A stretch of DNA of 64,000 nucleotides from Nageia nagi (Eukaryota > Plantae > Pinophyta), in NCBI GenBank assembly GCA_050084985.1, contig JBITNC010000002.1, forward strand, positions 19,902,001-19,966,000, given 5' to 3'. Position numbers and translations under genes: made by a program. Below the pieces are notes generated by a model, which made no database searches, had not been told where the DNA came from, and saw nothing but the letters and a program-made list of their open reading frames with translations. Positions 55,900 through 64,000 of this stretch are shown piece after piece; positions within the stretch are counted from its first letter, which is position 1; the number at the start of each line of letters is the position of its first letter.

Positions 55900-58046
55900 T
55901 AATTTATTTGTACACAGAGATGTTTCTAGTTCTCAACCTAGCTTCAAACCATTGGGTCATAGAACAAAGTTAAGCATATGGAAGCAAAAAAGAAAAAAAG
56001 CATATGGAAGCAAAAAAAAGCATATGTAAATTTATGGGACTTCTTTGATATCCCATTCAACGTTGCTCAGCCATTGTATTGGGCATATATGGTCAATCAA
56101 ATTTCTATTTATGGGCCTAGATTCAAGCCATCCACTTATCATGAGTTATGAGATCCAATGCTTCAAAAAGATCTCAACAACATTCAGCTGATTATAAATG
56201 AATAGAAGACAATTTGGAAAATGAAGGGTTGCAGCATTGACAGATGGATGGACAGATGGGTGGAATCAAACTCTCATCAACTTTCTTGTTTCTTCCACAT
56301 GGGTTTTGGTATTTTTGAAGTCAGTTGATACCTCCGCAGAGATTAAAAAAATGTAAAAAAATGCAGTATGCCTTGCTGATACAATTGAGGAGGTCATCAT
56401 GGAGGTGGGGCCAGAAAATGTTGTAGAAATAATCACCAATGATGCATCTTCATATGTGGTAGCAAGGAAAATAATTAAGTAGAGGCATCCTACTATTTTC
56501 TCAACTCCATGTGCTTCCCATCGTGTTGATTTCATACTTGAGGGCGTTTGAAATTTAATTGGATGAAACAAGTGGTCAACATGGGTCCTCAATTTGATGA
56601 GACCATTTAATGAAAAGGAGCTTGTTCGACTTGGGATGACTTGTTTTGCTCCCAACTTTCATCACATTTCAAAGTTTGCATGAGTCAAGAACTTCATCGA
56701 AAAGAATGTTTGATGATGTGTTTTGGAAGGCATGGGATGAGATTATTCAACTAACTATTTTAACTTTTACTTTCATTTTCATTTTTAAAATTAGATTTCA
56801 TGTTGTACTTGTCAGTTCACTTATTTGATTCCTCTTGCAATTTTTTGAGCCCTTGGTGAAAGTGTTTCATGTAATTGACAAGGAGTTTTTGATAAAGAAC
56901 CTATGGGCTATATTTACAAAGCAAAAAATAGGGCTAACAAGGCTAGAGCTTCATTCTACAAATATTTGGAAAGTATCATCCCCTTTGGAACATTGACAAA
57001 AGGTGGTCAAATAAGCTACATAGGCCTTTGCATCCAATGGGGTACTACTTGAACCTCAAGTATTTTTATGATGAAATTTTTGTGGCAAATAACAATATCC
57101 TAACCAACTTGCATATGACCATTGATAGTATGTTGCCTACATATGAATTGAAAGACCAAGCAATAAAAGAATTGCATATTTACATGTTTAAAAAGGGATA
57201 TGCATTGTCAAGCCCTACATGCATTTGAAAAAGGAAAACTCAACGACTAGGTAAAAACTTGTGTTTGTTAATTTTTATAAACTTGTCAACTTAATTTCTT
57301 CATGTGCATTAAATTAATAATTTAATTAATTTTTCTTTCTACATTTATGGCAGGAGGATTGGGGTAGCAAGCTAGAAGTTCTTTGAAGTGTTGCACCACA
57401 AGGGCAGCCATGTAGTGTTTTAGGATATAATCATAACTAGAGCAACGTTGAGAGCGTAACCGGAGCACCTTTGAGCGCTCCCCCAAAAATGCTTGAATGA
57501 ACTGGGCTACATCCACTACAACCTCGCCTTTGACATTAAAAAATTCAAGGATCCAGCTACAAGGCCATTAATTTGGATGTCATTGATCCACAATTTAAAT
57601 GGATTATAGATCAACAGCAAGAGGTGGAGCCCTTGTTTTTCATAGATGACTTTGAAACTACGCAGCAAAAGGCTAAAGCTATGGCAGAATAAGAGGCACA
57701 TGCAACAAACAAACACAAAAATCAACTGCACAAGCACAAGGATCATCACAAGCTATGATCAATCAGACAATGCCATCAGTCCAACCAGAGCTTATAAAAG
57801 ATCTATGTTAAGGCAATGGCAAAGTGTGTGGGACACAATGATCAGTTCTCTAATGCATTTTCAGACTTACTTTACATAATTTGTAATTTAATTTTCTCCA
57901 ACTAACAGAAAACATGGCATGTTTAGTTCCTAATATATTGTTTCATGATCAATTTAATGGCTGATGTGTAAGAAAAATTGTCCAAGCATCTTTTTCTTCA
58001 GTTTTTTTTGAGCTGAGTTCTTCCAAGTCCAAGTCTGGGAACTATG
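55900..58046 (+). mobile_element. Decayed hAT transposase (DUF659 type) with a probable right terminus
   Basis: GCSI..DGWTD; EVGPENVVEIIT; FSTPCASHRVD; EPLVKV; PMGYIY; LHRPLHPMGYYLN; intron-like gt..ag at ~57251-57353; ends gggaactatg. Confidence 0.85.
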
Positions 58047-59016
58047 GTTTTGACGCATGTCTAATCATGGACCAATGGTACCTAGAGTTGCACTTATGCC
58101 ACTCACTGGTTTCAAAAATGAAAGAAGAAGTAGGCCTTACTCTTGCTTATGTGTTCTCCTCTTAATCATGTTGGAACAGTAGAAATGTGAAACAGTTAAT
58201 GGAAACATATACAAGTAAAATAAAATCATGAAACCCCAAACAAGAACTTGTTATAAGAACAAAAACACAAACCCTGGGCCTTCACGAAGCCCCACTTGAT
58301 TATTTTTTCACACATTTGTTTGGGGTACAGCAGAATCAAAATAGTAAAGGATGCAGAAGAATGTTGAATAAATTGTTCAATGGTTACACTCTGCCAATAC
58401 AAATGTAATTTTTAAGTTTTCCTAAATTTAACCCCTTTTTCTGTTAAAAAAAATCATTTCCTGAACTTACTCCTAAATTTCTTGGCAGCAAAAAGGTGCA
58501 TGATACTGTATTTGTCCATTCTAACTTTTGCCTTTATATGAGTTGCACATAAGGAACAATCAAGATATAAAATTACCAGACCTTGTCGGATGACAAGAAT
58601 CTGGATTGCCAACTGATGTTGAATCTGCGAAGGCCCTATTAAATGGAGGTGATCGAAATAGTGGAGTAGGTTGCAAAGTTAACACAACTAGTACCACTCC
58701 TTACGCTTCAAGCTAAGGAGGCTTCAAGGATGTGGATAGGATATTTGGATTGCTGAAAAGATGATTTTTAATTACTAATTCATGTCAGATCATCAAAAAA
58801 CAAAATTCATTAAAAAAAATAGCAATTCATGAATAGATATAACATGCAAGGACGATGTTCATAATTTTCATTTCAGACATTATTGAATACAGATCAATAA
58901 TTGTAATTATCATTAGAACAACCTATTTGTAATGTTCAGTACTATGATTTTGATTTTACGTTCATCTGGATTCATAGTATTATCAATTAAACATGACAAA
59001 ACTGGACATCACTTGC

Positions 59017-59067
59017 CTCTCCCCCAGCCTCAAGAACACAGATGACGCCAACTGCATGGTCCCACAC
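59017..59067 (-). CDS. Exon of the PAP phosphatase (WDHA motif)
   Basis: catctag|GTG... gives VWDHAVGVICVLEAGGE, matching the WD-x-A-x-G...EAGG IMPase signature; 51 nt; followed by GAG|gcaagt (GC donor). Confidence 0.93.
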
Positions 59068-59172
59068 CTAGATGACAGAAGAACCAGTAATCAGTATAAT
59101 TTGACTTCATGTGATGCATCAGATAATCTGCTAATTAGAAACTCAATATTACAAGAAGATTAAAAGGCTAAC

Positions 59173-59251
59173 CTTTACAGAAGACTCCTTTTTGACCTGA
59201 TGTAAGAAAACGGAAGCTCTCCCAGTAGCAACCATTAAGTACTTGCAGAGG
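59173..59251 (-). CDS. Exon of the PAP phosphatase
   Basis: tttgccag|C CTC TGC AAG TAC... gives (S)LCKYLMVATGRASVFLHQVKKESSVK; donor AAG|gttag. 79 nt, completes the split Ser codon (CCGSLCKY). Confidence 0.92.
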
Positions 59252-59518
59252 CTGGCAAAGAATCAGAGTTAAAACGATTTATTTTATAAGGCATTAAAGC
59301 CATTACCTGTAATTTATTTTGATAAATGATATTGTCCTAAGACTGCTTATCATTTGTCTATTCGGACAAAAACAAAATCATGGTATACAAACAATATAAA
59401 GTACATTAAATATAGTTAATATGTTATTTGAAAAATATAATCAAACACTATCACCCTTAACATTAAAAAGACATACAGAAAAGGACTTGTACATGTAGTT
59501 GGAAGAAGAAGAGAGGAC

Positions 59519-59922
59519 CTTCCACAACACGTTGGTAGAATAGTTGGCTTCCAACTGTTGCCACAAGCTTTTGAAAGAGAAGCTGATATTAAGGTTTTGG
59601 ATAATGGAAGGAGTTCCCATGCTGCATGATCAGCAATGCAGAAGCGTGCTTCTTGTAATGAATTACACTTGTCCACCGAACATCTGACCCAGCCATTGTG
59701 GCTTCCATCTAGAGTCTCATTTATTATGTCACAAGAAATTGTCTTTATCCATGTTCCACAGCCATAACATGCAGCCATAATGATTCCAGGTATGATAAAA
59801 TCATCTGTTTCATTGTTGTTTGTGATATCTTTGGTAAGACTTTTATCAGTATCGGCATCCCAGTTTGGACAACCCATAACTCCTAAAATAGGCTTGCCTT
59901 CAAAAACAAGGGACAATCCAAC
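59519..59922 (-). CDS. Internal exon of a PAP phosphatase / 3'(2'),5'-bisphosphate nucleotidase (HAL2/SAL family, inositol monophosphatase fold)
   Basis: Acceptor tgcag|GTT; translates VGLSLVFEGKPILGVMGCPNW...GIIMAACYGCGTW...LQEARFCI...ILPTCCG(S); donor AG|gtcc. 404 nt, phase fits the next exon. The GVMGCPN motif is typical of this family. Confidence 0.93.
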
Positions 59923-61478
59923 CTGCAGATTTCAATGCTTGTTTTGTAAATAACACCAGTGCTGCACTAATTGTTGGTGTGACAATTCATATGCAAAAGA
60001 ACCACAAGAAAGTTCAAAGCAAATTTAGCATATTCGGTTTGAAGAATTTACCTATGGAAGTTTGGAATAACTTTATTAAACAGATTATTTATATAATACA
60101 CATGTAGTGTGTATTGTAAACATCTAGATTAGCAATATTAGTAATTTAGATACTACTCTTTGCTATATTTATGCACTTCAGTCAATAATTACCAAAAATG
60201 GCTAAATTTGGACAAAATGGACCTTCTGACCATTAGAACCTGAACTGATCTATGCACGTACTCTAGGAAGCCTTTAGGACTTATCGCCACAAGATTTGAC
60301 CCAAAAATTACATCCAGGCATACAGATCTCAGTCCAGGTTCAGCTTCCTACACAGTTCATACTGATCAGTGTCATCCAGGTTCTGATATTTCAGCACATC
60401 ATTTGCGTGTGATGTTATTTACAACATCAAGTCCTGCATTATCACTATCAGGTATTTTTGTCTTTAATGCATTTCAATTCTTTCAATTTTGGCAGCAATT
60501 TATTTATCAAAACCAGAAGGGTTTGACCCAACAATCAAAGACCTAACTAACCAAGGGTGTACAAGTTGTTTTGGATTTTGCTATCTTGAACTTGAACCAC
60601 AACTACCAAAAGCACTGAAGACTCTGCATGTTGAGCCAGATAAGAAAAATCTCTCGTCACCTTTATTTAATATGCATTGAAGGACTATTCTGTTTTTATT
60701 TAGTGTAGTTACTTTCTACACATAAAGATATACATTTGCATGTGTGCGCACATGTAAGCATGCGTTTAGCAAGCAACTCACATCCACCCAAATGAGCATT
60801 TTAATTTTTCTTTAGCCTTTGGTTTTTCAAAAGATCATTGCATGTATTAAAGTTATGTCATGGTAATTATGAATTGAACAAAAATACATAAAAGAGAGAG
60901 AAAGATGATATTAATTGGGGCAAACAAGAAGGAATTAAAAGAATCCATTTAGTGGACTAAGAATTTTGCATTCTTCCAAGGGATAAAGGGGCCAGGAACT
61001 TTCCTGATGTTAAAGCGCTAGACCTTCGACGTCAACCAATAGGCAAAGCAATAGAACCAAAGGCTCTTTGAGATTTGTAATGTTAATAGAAATATCAGTT
61101 CATTTCAACATTGAGGGTCAACACATGAAAATATGGCATCTTGGCAAACAGTCTTTGTAGTCCGTCATTGGCATTTTGAAGATACTTGTTCAGATACTTC
61201 CCTTCCACAGGAATAGACAGCATATTGTCTCTCATACCAGCACATTTATAAGCATTTGGCTTCTATAGTATAGGCCACTTATTGTATTTCAAGTACTTTC
61301 TTATGTTTTCATTTTATAATTTAACTTGAGGTTGACCTAAAGGCAACATTTTTTTCCCAAATATTCTATTTTTATTAAGATAAAAAACAGCATTTTGAAA
61401 AGGCCCAAACCCTTTTACATAGTTGATATACCAATCTAAATCATGTTAAACTATTCCTTAACATTGAAAGAAAATACT

Positions 61479-64000
61479 TGTTAAGAACCCACTATTTCAT
61501 AATAACCAAACTTCAATATGCAAATACCATTCAAATATGCCAAACCAATACAAATACCACTTACAGAAGTAACTGAATCGCTTGCACCACTTCAAAGGGG
61601 GCACCTCCTAGAGAACAAGTTCTCTCCTCAATATGAAACTATATTCCTTTGCTTGCCTATTACAATAGGGAAGGCCTCATATAAATAGCCTTTTATGAAC
61701 CTTCACCTTCCAAACCTATTAAATGTAGGATAAATACTAATATAACATAAATAACATGTTATGGGATCATAACATTGCCACTACCTTAAGCAAACTTTGT
61801 CCTCGAAGCTTGTACACACCATACATGAAAACATAATAGCCTACACACATTCATATAATCCCACCACACATCACTACAAAATAACCTACTAATCTACTAA
61901 GGAGGGTCATTACATTGCCAACCTCTTTGCAAAGCTTTGTCCTCAAAGCTTTCCAAAATACAAAGTACAATCCATCCATAAACAATAGAGAGAGCAAAGA
62001 GCCAAGGAATCCAACTCGTCCAAAGTTGTCAACAATGCGCCAAATCTGAATAGGAGCCCATATGAGTATCAAAATCCCACCAAGGTAATGATAATGTTGT
62101 TGTCGAGGAGTGGGAAACAAAAAGAATGATCCCAAAGAATCAACAAAGAAAACACCACACTGCTGCTACGCTCTGAAGCCCTCCTGTGAAGCTCTGAAAT
62201 CTATCTACTGCACTCTAAAATCCTGGAATGAATAATCCATGAAATGTTGTTGTTCTACCATATCCATACTAATATAAGTGAGAGGATATCCTCACACTCT
62301 ACAATATGCTCCAATAAATCTGAAGAAATAGGATCCACATCATCTACACGGATAGAAGTGAGAGGAAGGAACTCACACTCTACAACATGCTCTGAAGAAA
62401 TTGGGACCGCATCATCTACATTGATACAAGTGTGAGAAAGTACCCCACACTCTACAACATGCTCCAATAAATATGAAGAAACTGGATCCATATCATCTAC
62501 ATTGATACAAGTAAGAGGAAGGACCTCACACTCTACAACATGCTCTTCTAAACTCAGGAACTGGCTCTACTAAATCCTCATGAAGAACCTCATCATAACT
62601 AAGGAATATTTTACTAACTTTATCCAATGTATCATTAAAACATCTAATTGCCTCAGGAACTCCTTGCAAATTATCTTCAAAACGTTTCCATAGATCATGA
62701 TCCTTTTTTGTTTTTTTTTTTTTTAAAATATCAAAAATTAAGATTGCTCGATAACTCTGAAATCAACTCAAATCTTTCTGAAATTGTTGCTATAGATAGG
62801 TACCATGCATTCCCATCCATATATGAAATTTGATAAAAAAAACTAATATCATATGCAACAATTATGAAGATTTCATCTTTGCCCCTTTTCTATCAAGATC
62901 TCAATCACTAATTCTATCATAAATTGGCCAAACCAACTTGAAATGCTCTGAAATTTTTAACGAATCTGTGTGATATTGATATCTAAAAACGTTCCAAATT
63001 TCAAAAGCAAATTCAAACGAATGTAAAAGATATGATCGATTTACTACTACCCCTTCTAGATCTTATAGCATTTATAAGGAGATCTCATTGTTCTTCACAC
63101 AAAATTTTCGATGTAGGTCCAAACATTCTGAAATTTAAACTGTGTACTCTTGAGATATAAATCTAAAAACCCTCTAAATTTCAATAGCAAAATCCCAAGG
63201 ACAAAAAAGATATGTTCAAATACTTATTCCCTTTTTTCACAATTCTAGATCTAGGGTTTATAAAAGGAAATACAAATCGTCTCATAAATCAATCAATACA
63301 GATTCAAACGATCTGAAATTTTTACAAAATGAAGCTCTTATCTATACCAAAATTATCCAAAAATTTCAGAAGCAAAAACCCCTTACTTCACCTTACACAA
63401 TCACTTTATTGCGAAAATTGAAATGCTTATAAAATCTACAAATGAGCTCCAAAGTACCTAAAATTTTTACTGAGCCTTGTTGACGTGAGTATCCATAAAC
63501 ACTCAAAATTTCAGAAGAAAATTTGTCCGGATGTGCAAGATATGAACGATTCAATTCGAACCAACCCAAAACAAAAAACCCTTCAACTTCTCCAAACTCA
63601 CAAGAACCAAGACCATGCTCTAATACCAGATGTTAAGAACTTGCTATTTCATAATAACCAGATTATTCAAAAGTACATATGAAACCACTCCACTATGCAA
63701 ATACCATTCAAATATGTCAAACCAATACAAATACCACTTACTGAAGTAACTGAATCGCTTGCACCACTTCGAGGGGGGCACCTCGTAGAGAACAAATTCT
63801 CTCCTCAATATGAAACTATATTCCTTTGCTTGCCTATTACAATAGGGAAGGCCTCATATAAATAGCCTTTTATAACCCTTCACCTTCCAAACCTATTACA
63901 TATGGGATAAATACTAATATAACATAAATAACATGTTATGGGGTCATAACATTGCCACTTCTTTAAGCAAGCTTTATCCTCAAAGCTTGTACACACCATA
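61479..64000 (-). mobile_element. Small non-coding LTR element in a tandem array: LTRs 61479-61774 and 63631-63951, next unit starts at 63952
   Basis: tgttaagaac...cataaca direct repeats; PBS tggtattagagc at 63617-63628; PPT-side sequence ttgccact..ttaagcaa follows both LTRs. Confidence 0.88.
62276..62545. repeat. Tandem repeat, ~73-80 bp unit, about 3.5 copies
   Basis: aagtgagagga..ctcacactctacaacatgctc..gaagaaa..ggatcc.catcatctaca is repeated. Confidence 0.9.

Larger units (their letters stand above)
32792..59016 (-). other. ~26.2 kb GC-AG intron of the PAP phosphatase gene
   Basis: Phase-0 join of EAGGE to VTDW; donor GAG|GCAAGT, acceptor TTTTCAG|G. Confidence 0.85.

Noticed and set aside
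59416-59518. C-terminal part of the 166 aa ORF (RSSLLLPTT...)
   Set aside because: Intron read-through; homology continues in the next exon after the donor at 59518.
59923-61478. Upstream exon with the DPIDGT motif
   Set aside because: No such coding sequence found on the minus strand; it presumably lies beyond the window.

Overview
AT-rich, CpG-depleted plant nuclear DNA. It is most likely from a gymnosperm/conifer (inferred from the Tat-type retroelement domain order, the decayed TE load and the very long intron). The only recognisable host gene is the 3' half of a minus-strand HAL2/SAL-family inositol-monophosphatase-fold 3'(2'),5'-bisphosphate nucleotidase (the 'putative PAP-specific phosphatase, mitochondrial' type). 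Its exons are 59519-59922, 59173-59251, 59017-59067 and a last exon at 32660-32791; upstream exons were not found in the window. The last intron is about 26.2 kb, has a GC-AG boundary and holds nested TEs. A decayed Copia is split by an LTR element with a GAATT target-site duplication. That element contains a pol-less Tat/Ogre-like element whose spliced plant-mobile-domain (PMD) gene occurs twice as a ~2.7 kb inverted repeat around a gag ORF. The intron also holds hAT remnants and MITEs. Bases 1-32 kb are a graveyard of a Tat Gypsy, LINE fragments, Copia fragments and an LTR-flanked element with no recognisable pol. The window ends in a tandem array of a small non-coding LTR element. All calls are by eye; no searches were run and TE boundaries are approximate unless termini are quoted.
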